A stretch of 63,887 nucleotides of DNA, counting the filler, from Stramenopiles sp. TOSAG23-3 (taxonomy: Eukaryota): the NCBI GenBank assembly GCA_900128585.1. It is 11 parts of 11 records of this genome, joined end to end, with 100 filler letters (N's around TTAATTAATTAA, not from the genome) between each part and the next. Parts side by side here need not be neighbours in the genome. Positions count along the whole stretch, not along the records: positions 9,325 to 18,539 come from LT642941.1; positions 18,640 to 27,839 come from LT642942.1; 9 more parts are not named here. One strand, written 5' to 3'. The notes below the pieces were generated by a model, which did not search any database, was not told the DNA's origin, and saw only the letters and a list, made by a program, of their open reading frames with translations. Below, one piece after another: positions 10,376 through 21,326 of the stretch. Both the position numbers and the translations under genes were made by a program. The number at the start of each line of letters is the position of its first letter. The first letter of the stretch is position 1.

Positions 10376-11343
10376 AATGACTATTGCAACGGGCTGAATC
10401 GAATATTTACACGTCAATCGAATTTACATAAGTTTACCAACGTTTTCTGTTCCTTTACGTTTAAGGGAGCATGCACGGAACACTCCGGCGGGCGAACACA
10501 GGCAAGCGTTCGTTCGTTGTAAAAAACATATAACTAAAATAAATAATATATAATAAAAAATAATTATAAGTAACTACCTGTACCGGTATCTTATTGCACT
10601 TATACTAATAATAACCAACCCTCCTTCCCCCCCTTCTTTATTTTTTTATATATAAAACCAGTTATATTTTGGAACAAACAGAAGAATGATGGTATAGTGT
10701 TATCATTAGGGTAAAATAACAAAGGCAGGACTCACAGGACCGTTGGAGGTTGGAGAACATTTTAATACACGTTTAATTATTATAAGAAAATATAGAAGAA
10801 AAAAGAAGAAGAAGAAGAAGAAGAAGAAGAAGGAAGAAGAAGAGAAAGGAATCGGTTTCTGTTGTTTTTACATTAAGGATATTAGTATGTATATTATATA
10901 AATAATATTTATGTACATTATTGAATATATATTAATAGAATAATTTATAAACTAGAAGAACGAGCATACCTTATATGCTCTCTAATAAAATTAAAACCGT
11001 ATTATTTATAGGAGGTTTTTTGTACAAAATATATTATTTATTAAAATAATAATAAATATAATACTGTAATAATAATAATTAAAAAAAAAGCCAACAACAA
11101 ATAATAAAATATTATACAATAATATATACACAGACAGTAATAAAAATAGGACTTAAAAGAAAATTATTATTATTATTTTTTATTATTATTATTTAGACTA
11201 ATTTATTATAATAATTATTATACCCGTTAGGGTTCAATTGAGTATATTTTCATGTTTCATTTGCTCTCCCGAAAAATATGTTGAAAGAAATTAACATTAT
11301 AAAATGTCCGATACATCGAAATGATCAATCAAGTATATGTACT

Positions 11344-12961
11344 ATGAGTACAAGACCGAAAGGCGTGCCCCCTCGGAATACACACGTCTTGCGGGAGCTC
11401 GACTTAATTGATTACCATGAGAGGGGTGGCGAGCGGGGTGGCGAACGACCTCGGGCGGTAGGTAACGGCGCGACCGGGTTGCCTGGTGGAGGGTCACTAC
11501 AGCTGACGAAAACGGCGAAACGGCTTCTAGTATCTGTGTCGAATAGCGAAGGCTCTGGTAGCAAGGGGAACATGATGCCAGTTGAAGTGCAGTGCAGTTT
11601 TTGCGATGGCTCGTACCCTTGGCAGGCAAGTGCGTGCCCGAACTGCGGTGGAAGCACATCTTTCCCAACGTAAGTAAACCTATGACTCGTAATACCTTGT
11701 CGAAAGTATCCTCTCGCTAACACAAAATAGTCGAACATTTTTGCCAAGGTTGGTGCCGAAGAGCGGCGCATCTGCAAAAGAAAGCCAGGAATCAAAAAAG
11801 AAACTCCTCTCCAACAAGTCCGTCAGGCGTGTTGCACAGGCATACGGTGGGGATGAATTATTTCCTAAAAAAAAGTACAGGAAAAGGGAGAAGGCCCTCA
11901 AGCATGGGGGGCAGCACGGTCGGCATAGGGAGAGTCGGGAATACCAGTACGTAAACGGGGGAGGGGGTGCAAGGCAAATTCGCCAAAATCAATCATCCCA
12001 GCGGGGTGATCAGACCAAACAGGCAGTAAAAAACCCAAACGAGGGCATGTTGCGTGCCTTGACTGACATGAGAAAGGTTGAACGTGCAGCTGGGAATATA
12101 ACGGTCTCGGATGCGTACGATGAAGCCATAGGAGTTTTGCTACAGAACACAGACCCAACTTGTGTCATAAAGTCTCAATCGAAATTACGCGCAATGATGT
12201 CGAAGCAAGCGCAAATGGACATATTGAATAGGGAAGGGTTGGATGTTTTTGGTGCTGCGTTAAAAAGTGGAGACAAGGCTTTGCGTGTTTCCCAGTTTTT
12301 GTTGCAAAAGGAAATTGGGACCTTGAAAATACGCTACGGGGAAGAAAAGCGGACACCATTGCACATTGCTGCCATAGGGGGAAGCGAAATGGTAATGCTA
12401 GCTTTGCTAGAATCTGTAGGAGACAGAAAGTCAAAAGCACAGTTAAAATTAATCAACACGACAGATTCGAACGGAGAAACAGCTTTCGTACTGGCCTGTA
12501 AGCACGGCAACACGAACGCGGTAAAAGCTTTGCTGGATTTTAAGTGCGACGCACAAGCGGATGTTGTCGTGGACAAAGAAAAAATGCACACATGTTTACA
12601 CATCGCATGCTGCATTCCGAAAAAAGATGACCCGGATTTGGTACGCCTGCTGTGCCATGCCGGTTATGATTTGGGAAAACCAGCTGGGTCGGGACAGTCG
12701 TGTATACATTTGGCAGCTGATGCAGGCCATCCCGGAATTGTAGATGCATTGGTTTCGTTAGGGGTGTCCCCAGATATAAAGGATGGTTACGGACACTCTC
12801 CTTTGCACATTGCAGCAAGCAAAGGCCGACTTCGTGTATGCAAGGCATTGGTGCAGAATGGTGCACGAACAGACGTAATGGACAATGATGGTGCAAGTGC
12901 AATAGATGCAGCAGATAAGAACAGCCACAAAGCTGTTGGGGAGTGGCTAAGAAAGCAATAA
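11344..12961 (+). CDS. Zinc-ribbon plus ankyrin-repeat protein; two exons (..11669, 11731..12961)
   Basis: A 61-nt intron at 11670-11730 (GTAAGT..GCTAAC..TAG) joins ORFs 11278..11673 and 11741..12961 in frame. CSFC/CPNC ribbon plus TPLH/SPLH/TAF ankyrin motifs. The start could be 11278. Confidence 0.85.
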
Positions 12962-13003
12962 AACCGTGTGTTAAAAGTGTATGATGATAACAAAGAATTT
13001 TAT

Positions 13004-13160
13004 AAAAGCAAGAAAATTGGCTGTTATTTAAGTAATTAAAATTAATGTACTGCGAACTGAAAACTGAAAACTGAAATCTAGAGTGTGGAGTCCATGAACG
13101 ATCCGAATCGGTATCTGGATTAGCAATGCTTGCAAATGAACAAGAAAATTGGCTGTTATA
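13004..13160 (-). mobile_element. Two tandem family-A 3' fragments (~135 bp and ~22 bp) between convergent genes
   Basis: CAAGAAAATTGGCTGTTATTTAAGTAATTAAAATTAATGTACTGCGAACTG.. extends into sequence homologous to the ORF-tail region of 16966-17070 and 37390-37485. Confidence 0.85.
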
Positions 13161-13273
13161 TTAGATCATATTTACTCTTTTATGATTAATCAAAGATTTA
13201 CTTATAAAGAGATATGATATATAATCAGATCAGTGAACACGCACAGTATTTTCTAACCTTACCACCTTGACTT

Positions 13274-15202
13274 TTACATACCTAAACCAGGGACAGGTAC
13301 AGCCTCTTTTGCGACATTTTTTGAAAGGCTTAGAAAAGTTTGAAAGTTTTGGCGAATTTCATTTAATTCCAACATCAGAGCGCTATTTGTTTCTTTCACC
13401 TGCCTCTCTTCTCGACGGGCATCATCTTTTGCCTTCATCGCAATTTCTCGCCATTGCAGCAGTTCAGTTCTCCCGTCATCAACTTCTTTTTGAGCTTCTG
13501 AAAGCATGTGTTTGGTGGATTTCAAAGTCGCATCCTTGGACACGTTCTGAAGATTCGCCAAACGCAGCTTCTCTTCAAAATTTCTACATTCTAGAAGCTT
13601 GGCACGGTAGGCATTCTCGAACTTTTGCCGCTTCGATGTAGAATCTTTGGCAGTGCCGATTGCTTGGCGCAAACCAGTTTGAAGACTTTTGATTTTTTCG
13701 TTTAACATTAAAATTTGACTTTCTAATCTTTCTATCATCAATTCCAGTTCTTTGGTTTTTGCATTGGACGAGACTAGCTCGCGAGAAAACTTCCGATTCC
13801 CAGCCTCTAAGTCAGGCACCTTGTCTCGCAGTTCTGCATTTTCACGCATTAGTTTATCCCGCTCTGATTTTACTTCCATTAACATTCGTTTCCATCTGCG
13901 CTCGCCACTCTGGGCCATTTCGTTAGCCTCTGCTTCCACGCGTTTCAAGCGACTCCGGGTTTCTCTTAAATCAGCATTTAAATGTTCATTACTTTCTTGC
14001 AAAGAGCGGTAGTCATGGTTTACCGCCTCACTCTGCAATTGTGCATACTCAAATTCTTGACGCAGTTTGGTTAGCGAGTCTTGAGACATGGATAGTTCTC
14101 GCGTCATTGATGATATTTTATGGTCGCAACTTTCTACAACTGTATTCGCCATTTCTTCTGCATGGAGCCTCTGTTGGCGTTCAACGCGAAGGGCACTCAA
14201 CGTTTCTGTTAGTTTTGCTTGGCAACTCTCAAATTCAGAGGACACTGCATCCAATTCAGATCTAGTGCGGGTTATAACCGACTGTGCTACCTCTTTATCT
14301 TTTTTTTCGCGTTCATGGCTTCTCCTTATACCTTCTAATTCTTGCACTAGCTTGCTTAGCGAACTTTCAACTTCAGCGCGCTCGGCATCTTGCTTGTACT
14401 GCCTCTCTACTAACGACGAGTTATCTGCTTGGGCTTTCTGCACGTCTAAGTAAAGCTCTTTCCGCTTTTCCTCGCTTTGCTCCGCCTGAATATTCAAACG
14501 ACCGTGATCCTCTTTTAGCTGCGATAAAGTTTGCTTTAACGATTCCGTCTCCGAGAGAAGACGGTTGTTCTCGTACTTGTGACTAGTTGCTTCGACAGAA
14601 ATAGTCTCATGGTCATTTCTAGCCCGTGCTAGCTCAGATTTAGTTGTGTCTAGGGAATTTTGAAGGGATTCAATCTGACGCTTTGCGTTCATATTTTCTT
14701 CTTGCGAACGGTCCAGATCATCTTGGAGAGTCAAGTGCTGCGACTTTAAAATCGATTCCGATCTTTCGGAACGGCTTAAATCTTCTTCTAAGTTTGTTAT
14801 TTGTCGTTTTACAGCAGATAACTCCGAGCGCATATTGTCACATTGGACCGTAGCTTCATTATTATTCGATTTAAACGTTACGTGCTCAAACTTAAGTTTT
14901 GAGATTTCGCTCTTTAGCTTTTCATTCTCTACGACCGCCTTTTCTCTATCGTCTATCAGCTGCTTCATCATCGTTTTTACCCCGCCAAACCCTCTCATTT
15001 GCTGCCTCACACCCTTAGCACTTTGCAAGAGGTCTGCGTGTGAGGGTGATGAGAAGCCGCTCCATGCTTCCGCAGGACCCGGTGTTAGAAACCCCCCTCC
15101 CCTAGTCGATTGGGCACTACTTTTGACTGACCCTGCTGCATCCAAGTCGCTACCAGCCCCTGTTATATCTGTAGACTCTCCAGCGGGTGAACTATTCTCC
15201 AT
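13274..15202 (-). CDS. Long coiled-coil protein
   Basis: 642-aa ORF with heptad-rich E/K/L/Q composition. Confidence 0.8.
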   Translation of the reverse strand: MENSSPAGESTDITGAGSDLDAAGSVKSSAQSTRGGGFLTPGPAEAWSGFSSPSHADLLQSAKGVRQQMRGFGGVKTMMKQLIDDREKAVVENEKLKSEISKLKFEHVTFKSNNNEATVQCDNMRSELSAVKRQITNLEEDLSRSERSESILKSQHLTLQDDLDRSQEENMNAKRQIESLQNSLDTTKSELARARNDHETISVEATSHKYENNRLLSETESLKQTLSQLKEDHGRLNIQAEQSEEKRKELYLDVQKAQADNSSLVERQYKQDAERAEVESSLSKLVQELEGIRRSHEREKKDKEVAQSVITRTRSELDAVSSEFESCQAKLTETLSALRVERQQRLHAEEMANTVVESCDHKISSMTRELSMSQDSLTKLRQEFEYAQLQSEAVNHDYRSLQESNEHLNADLRETRSRLKRVEAEANEMAQSGERRWKRMLMEVKSERDKLMRENAELRDKVPDLEAGNRKFSRELVSSNAKTKELELMIERLESQILMLNEKIKSLQTGLRQAIGTAKDSTSKRQKFENAYRAKLLECRNFEEKLRLANLQNVSKDATLKSTKHMLSEAQKEVDDGRTELLQWREIAMKAKDDARREERQVKETNSALMLELNEIRQNFQTFLSLSKNVAKEAVPVPGLGM

Positions 15203-16148
15203 TGCCTTCTTCTATTCCGGCTATTGAATGACCACGGAGCTCCACAACCTTTCGAATTAGACGAATTCCTGTTCCTATTTCTTGAAGTACAATTATATTG
15301 TAGAGAGCAGAAAGGATCAGCTTATTGATGCGAAGAAGAAAAAATATGGTATATCTTGTATTTATTATATTATTATTACTATGTCGTTTCCGAACGACGT
15401 ACGGTAGTATTTATTTTTGGTACCCAATATTGAACGCGGCCGTACCGGTAAAAAAAAGTTGTTGTTGTTGATTGTTGTTGCCACATTTTTTTTCTTCTTG
15501 TAGTAGCGAGTGAGCTGCCTGCTCTGGTCTACATGTATTATATTGTAGGGAAGCGCGCACAAGTTGCAGGAAAGATAAAATAATAACATCAACAGAGTGT
15601 CGGATAAAATTCTCCAAACCAAAAACAGACAAATTTTTTCATAGAGATGACCCCCCGCTCCTGCTGTGCCCTGAAAGAAGAAAATACAAAGAATATATTG
15701 CTTTTTTTTTGCTGCTGTGCTGCTCTCGTCATTTTTTTCCATCATTTATTATTTATTATACCAAATTGGTACATATTAATACTATTATAATCTTTTTTTT
15801 TTGCTGGAGCTGGGATGATGATAGATTTAAATTATTGTTGATGATGATTGATGATCTCAATCAGAAGAAAAGAAGAAGAAGAAGAAAGAAGAGGCGGCCT
15901 GCTGACCTGCTGAGGAATAACACGTTGCTGATGATGAGATGGAATAAATAATAATTTTCAACATGCACGTTTGCATTATACTTCATAATTAGTGTTATCA
16001 CAACCGAGCTGTTAATTGCAAACTAAAGGAGCCGCCGTTTAAATATTTTGGCTTCAGCTCTTTATCCGATGAGATATAGACGAAGGAAGGTTCGCTTTTG
16101 AAGAAGGAAACTGGGTGAACAGGTTGCCCTTGTTATAGTTTGCCGCCC

Positions 16149-16964
16149 ATGGTACGGGTCGTGAGCCTAATTTTGATTTGCTTCTCAGCAATTTTTGTAT
16201 TTTTTGTGACAAATACCTTTTATGGGGTTGGCAGTGAGGGGTGGTATACCGGGCACGTTGGGCAGCGTTATGACGCTATTATTGTACCCGGTGGAGGTTG
16301 CCAACCTGGCGGTTTGCCTCATAAGCATGTCCAAGCAAGACTTGAAAGAGCGTGGGAACTGAGAAACACTACCAGGTATTTCATATTTTTGAGCCGCGGG
16401 ACCACGCACAAACCGCCCCCGATACATAAAGGGACAGGATTTCCTATTGACGAGTGCAAAGCTTCTGCAGATTATTTCTATTCAATGGGGGAAGTTAGAA
16501 AAGAAAGGATTCTACTGGAGTGTTGGAGTTTTGACACAATAGGAAATGCAGTGGCAACTTTGTTCTTCCACATTTTACCTGCAGGAATGAAGAAGCTGTT
16601 GGTCATTACAAATGAATTCCATATTGACCGCACGAAACATATTTTTGAACACATTTTTTCCTTGCCAAGCAATAAGATTGAGGCAGATTTTCTTTCCGTA
16701 GAAAATAGAGGACTTAGTGACGAAGCTCTGAGTATTCGAATCGGTAAAGAGAAGAAGGCAATAAGTGGGTGGAAAGAAATAATGCAATCACTGAAGTCTT
16801 TTTATGATTTGCATAAATTCGTTATGATTGAACACCACGCATACAGATATTCAGGAGATAAAGTTGAGTTTGATGAAGTTCAGGATGCCCAGAATATTAT
16901 ACCAGGGAAAAAAGGGGATGGCAGAGTGCAGCTAAACAGCAAATTACTCCTCGATACTTATTAA
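16149..16964 (+). CDS. YdcF/DUF218 family protein with N-terminal membrane anchor
   Basis: DAIIVPGGG, ARLERA, E..SFDTIGNA, VITNEFHIDR; hydrophobic N-terminus. Confidence 0.85.
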   Translation: MVRVVSLILICFSAIFVFFVTNTFYGVGSEGWYTGHVGQRYDAIIVPGGGCQPGGLPHKHVQARLERAWELRNTTRYFIFLSRGTTHKPPPIHKGTGFPIDECKASADYFYSMGEVRKERILLECWSFDTIGNAVATLFFHILPAGMKKLLVITNEFHIDRTKHIFEHIFSLPSNKIEADFLSVENRGLSDEALSIRIGKEKKAISGWKEIMQSLKSFYDLHKFVMIEHHAYRYSGDKVEFDEVQDAQNIIPGKKGDGRVQLNSKLLLDTY

Positions 16965-16965
16965 T

Positions 16966-17192
16966 CTGGGCGAGGAAGTTGATTATGGGTCATGTGGAAG
17001 CAGTGCTAATCCACCTACTGATTCAGATCATAGATGGAGTACATCTGAGAATGATAGTCAAGACTAAGTGGCCTAAAATAACAGAGCCAATTTTTTACTT
17101 TTGAAGGAATGTAAACCTCGAATTGTTTAGTAGATTTCAGTTCGCAGCACATTAATTTTAAATTTACTTAAATAACAGCCAATTTTCTTGAT
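16966..17192 (+). mobile_element. Family-A 3' fragments including the ORF tail EEVDYGS..SENDSQD*
   Basis: Homologous to 37390-37640 and 46080-46274; ends TTACTTAAATAACAGCCAATTTTCTTGA. Confidence 0.85.
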
Positions 17193-17267
17193 TTTAAAAA
17201 GTAAATATTATTGTCGTCCACCGGAACATTTTTACTTTTTTACTATAAAGCGCCATCTCCCGATTTT

Positions 17268-18539
17268 CTATTTCAGAAGTCGATGGGTGTACTGCCTTTG
17301 TTTCCCATCGGCGTTGGGAGCAAACTCTTTCACCGTGGACACTGTTCCCGATTTACTTCTCAAAAGCCACCGGGTTGTCAGCAACCCTTCTACCCCAACC
17401 GGTCCCCGAGCATGGACTTTTCCAGTAGAAATGCCTACTTCTGCGCCTAAACCAAACCTGAAACCATCAGCAAAACGGGAGGATGCGTTGTGAAAGACGC
17501 AAGCAGAGTCGACTTCCTTCAGAAATGTTTCTGCGGCTACGCCATTTTCCGTCGCAATGATATCTGTATGGCCGGACCCATGTAGGGCAATATGCTCAAT
17601 TGCAGCATCCATGTTTTCTACGAATTCTAACGAAACAGATAGCGATCCCCATTCTGTGCTGAAATTGTTTCCGGGCAAAACTTTGAGTCTGTCTCCGTAT
17701 TGTCGACATGCCCATTTCCCACCGTAAACAGTGACACCGTTTTCCTCCAAGGCAGAGATTATCTTGTCGGCATGCCCATTCTGAATCAGCGCCTGGTGCA
17801 AAAGAATCGTTTCAACAGCATTGCAAGCCGATGGATAATTTATTTTTGCATCTACCACTAAAGAGCTTGCCCGTTCAACATCTACCATTTCGTCGACATA
17901 CGCATGGCAAATACCGGCGGCATGGCCAAGGACAGGCAAATTCGTCGAAGCTTTTATGTGTCGAACTAGTTCCGTGGACCCGCGAGGAATCACTAGGTCA
18001 ATATATTTTTCAGCTTCTTCGTTGCCCAGTAACGTTGCCACGTCTTCGCGCCTCTCAAGCAACGTTACGCACTGGTTTCCAGGTACAATGCCCTTCGACC
18101 CAATAGTAATTGCATTTGATACAGCCTGATACATGGCAAGGTTTGAGTTTCGAGCTTCTGACCCACCTTTTAAAATCACAGCGCACCCTGCACGTACTGC
18201 CAACGCAGCGATCTGCGGCAAGCATTCAGGCCGTGCTTCAAAGATAATTAGCAAAACTCCAATCGGGGAGTAGACTTTATCTAGCACCAAGCCATCCGAG
18301 AGTTCTCGTTGCAAATCAATTTTTCCAAGTAAATCTTCCCGTTCTGCCAACGACCGCGCACCCTTGGCGACCGACAGTATCTTTGCTTCTGTTAGCTTCA
18401 AACGCTGTTTTAAGTGGTCTTGCTTTCGGGATTGCACTTTGGTTGAGCGCTCAAAGGATGCAAGGTCTTGTGCATTTGCTGCCAAAAGTGTCTTCGTTTC
18501 ATTTTCTAAGACGCTGGCTAGCGCCAGCAGAATATTTGA
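17268..18539 (-). CDS. proA: Gamma-glutamyl phosphate reductase (ProA/PRO2 or P5CS GPR domain), 5' end cut by contig edge
   Basis: PIGVLLIIFEARP, LKGGSEA, IPRGS, PVLGHAAGICH, YPSACNAVETIL, SGHTD, NASSRFADGFRFGLGAEVGIST, HARGPVG. Confidence 0.93.
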   Translation of the reverse strand, partial: SNILLALASVLENETKTLLAANAQDLASFERSTKVQSRKQDHLKQRLKLTEAKILSVAKGARSLAEREDLLGKIDLQRELSDGLVLDKVYSPIGVLLIIFEARPECLPQIAALAVRAGCAVILKGGSEARNSNLAMYQAVSNAITIGSKGIVPGNQCVTLLERREDVATLLGNEEAEKYIDLVIPRGSTELVRHIKASTNLPVLGHAAGICHAYVDEMVDVERASSLVVDAKINYPSACNAVETILLHQALIQNGHADKIISALEENGVTVYGGKWACRQYGDRLKVLPGNNFSTEWGSLSVSLEFVENMDAAIEHIALHGSGHTDIIATENGVAAETFLKEVDSACVFHNASSRFADGFRFGLGAEVGISTGKVHARGPVGVEGLLTTRWLLRSKSGTVSTVKEFAPNADGKQRQYTHRLLK

Positions 18540-18639
18540 NNNNNNNNNNNNNNNNNNNNNNNNNNNNNNNNNNNNNNNNNNNNTTAATTAATTAANNNNN
18601 NNNNNNNNNNNNNNNNNNNNNNNNNNNNNNNNNNNNNNN

Positions 18640-19705
18640 AAACAGACGATGGCGAGCAGCCCCCTTTTTGGTAGTTGAATATGATCGCCATCATCAGCAA
18701 AATTGCTTCCCCAACATCACCAACGCCATGTGCACTTCGCGAATCGGCGCTCAAATTTCGTAAAACTGCAGCTACGTTTTCCCAGCAAGTTGCGAACCAT
18801 TTACCCCACCGCCCTTCTTCCCGCTTCAGGGATAGAATATTTACCAAGACCTTCACGCACATGCCATTGGAGTTGCTTTTGTGAATTTTGACGTTTGTAG
18901 TCAAATTAGCCAATGCACCTGTGGCGGTGGAAAGAAAATCAGCCCTTTCAGTCACGAGTTCGACGGGCGATGCAATTGCGTGTTCTAACAAAATGCAAGT
19001 GGTTTCGATCAAACCTTCTTGCGAAAGGTAAATCTCAATCTCAGAACTTGCCGACAAGTCCTTCACGACAGAAGTCAACGAGGACACGATCTCGTCCGAT
19101 ACCAAAGGGTTATCATGGTCTTCAGTCGGGGATGGAAAAGGATTGAAAGATGCTTCAAGGTTCCGTTCAACAACGGCAACCCTAAACAGAACTGCCAAAA
19201 CGTTCGCTACGTTCGAACACAGCAGAGCCTCGTCGTAGTATTCGTGCTCAGACAGGGACACGAGGCAGTTGGACGCACTTAGGCAAATTTTTGATGTAAA
19301 GCTTGGGCCAAAAAGCGAAATGTACGATTTGGATTTGTACGCCTCTTTGTCAAGGATCAGATTGCGGTACAAAACACTACCAATCTGATTTAAGACGGAA
19401 ACTATGCCGTTTACAGTTCTCAATTCTTTTCTCAAGATCTCCGGGTTGGCTCCCAAACTATTGTGTATTGTTTCACACGCACTGTACAAGGTTTCACTAT
19501 ACTTTTCGTCATAACTTGGGGGCAACGGAATATGCCCATGGTTGGCAGGGATACTGGGTGCAGTGTTCAAAACTAACCCAGAGATTGAGCCATCATTGTC
19601 GGACGGATTGTCCTTCCCACGTTCATCTTGCAAGGCTACAGGGGCACTGGCGGCCACGTGCGCCAGGAGAATCTTCGCTGCCTGAAGAAACTCTTCCGTG
19701 CTCAT
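18640..19705 (-). CDS. Armadillo-repeat protein (ARMC2-like?), 3' end cut by contig edge
   Basis: ARM-like helices ATGALANLT, NVAAVLRNLS, ASNCLVSLS. Confidence 0.6.
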
Positions 19706-20429
19706 CGCAGTTGTTTCTTAAACAGTAATAAACGCCAAGAAAATTAATCTCTAAGCCGTGCAATATATTTCTGAAGCGTATTTCAGGCGCGAAAGAAAAT
19801 TGTTTGTGCACAGACAATCTCCATTAAAACATTAAATTATTAAATAATTCAGACTGTAATAGTTGTTTTGTAGTAAAAAAAGCAAAAATGTCAAAAAGAT
19901 GTGATGACCGTTATATTATATTATTATTATTATTATTATTTTTTTCTTCTTATTATTATATAAATATTAGAGAAGATGAAGATGAAGAAGAGAAGAAAGA
20001 AAAAAAGAAGAAAAAATAATAGTCTAATAATAATATTTTTTACGAAATAATAATACCACCTCCTTGGTTATACAAGGATTTTTGACTAATAATATTACTA
20101 TACTTATTAGTACCAGGTATTAATACTACCAAATCTCTTCCTTCTTCTATTACTACTACTATCAAATACTATCGAAATACTACCAACTATTTATTTTATT
20201 AATAAAAAAAAATATTATTAGACGACTATAAAATAATATGGAGGAGGAGGAGGAGGATGGAGGAGCGAGAGAGGAGGAGACTAAAAATAATAATTCAAAA
20301 ACGAATAATGAATGTTTTTCACATTGTGCAGAATTTCATATACTTCACATAAATGATACAAATTATATGCAGGATTGATAATAAATCAAAGAGGCCAGTT
20401 GGTATAGAAGTAACGCGTGGTTAACAGCG

Positions 20430-20865
20430 CAACCCAGTCATTGATTTGATTTTAGAAAGAAGAGGTAAATCTTTAGTGTAAGAAAGAATGTGGAGACGGA
20501 CTTGGGGACTGCCACGGCAGCGACTAACTGCGAGAACTGCAGTTGTAGATACATCTTTTGGTACCAGCCAGGACAGCAATGAATATATAGCTGATAAATG
20601 CAACTACATATATCCCAATGGCTGGCATTCATTGTATCATCGGAAGGTAGCAATAGTCGAAAAGTGTAACTTTGTGCCAGACCACGGAAGGTCTGGTGTG
20701 TTGGTTCTTTTGCAAGCTTTGTTCATCGCAGCTCTGTACTTGTTTTGCTCAAATACTGTAACGACCAGCGTCGTTATTATATATTTGATGGTGATGAGCT
20801 ACAAAGAGTTGATACATTGGAACGATTTTCTCCCTTGAGGCTTTAGGCTGGTTTTTAATTTTCAT
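20430..20865 (-). pseudogene. Decayed dual-specificity protein phosphatase (candidate)
   Basis: Removing two 4-nt insertions (20572-20575, 20550-20553) restores YIHC-LAGTKR-STTAVLA (HCxxGxxRS). FDYCYLPM lies upstream; there are several stops. Confidence 0.4.
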
Positions 20866-21326
20866 AAATGTCGCTCAGACACAATTTTGTAGGTTATCGT
20901 AAAAGAGTTAAAACTTAAAACAATTACTGCTCGGATAAAAGAACAAGAATAAAACTAACTAACGGCGTGATGATGATGATGTTATAAGTAGGTTTATAAA
21001 ATATAGACGACGACTCCTCGTATGTATAATAATAGGGTTCTTCATCTTTCTTTGAGTGGTGGGTGGTGTGTGTCCGTCTGATCATGTCTTCCCCAAAACT
21101 TGTTTACCACGAAGTTCATGTGAAAAATACTTAGTCTATATATAATACTACATAAATCCGTGCAACAATGAAAGAACCAACACCTTTACAACCTGAAAGA
21201 ACGAACGATTCTCTGTTCACCAAAACTCGCGTTATTGTTCAAACAGGTTCGATCGATTGCAAACTGCTTGTTATTGACTGTTCGCCGTAAACGGTTTTCA
21301 CCGCGTTGATATAAAATTTTGTCACG

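Noticed and set aside
13004-13160. Family-A motif as a spliced-leader relic
   Set aside because: It sits at gene 3' ends rather than upstream of start codons and extends into an ORF tail.
17268-19705. Same-strand proA and ARM gene as one gene or a cluster
   Set aside because: They are separated by an artificial linker and lie on different contigs.
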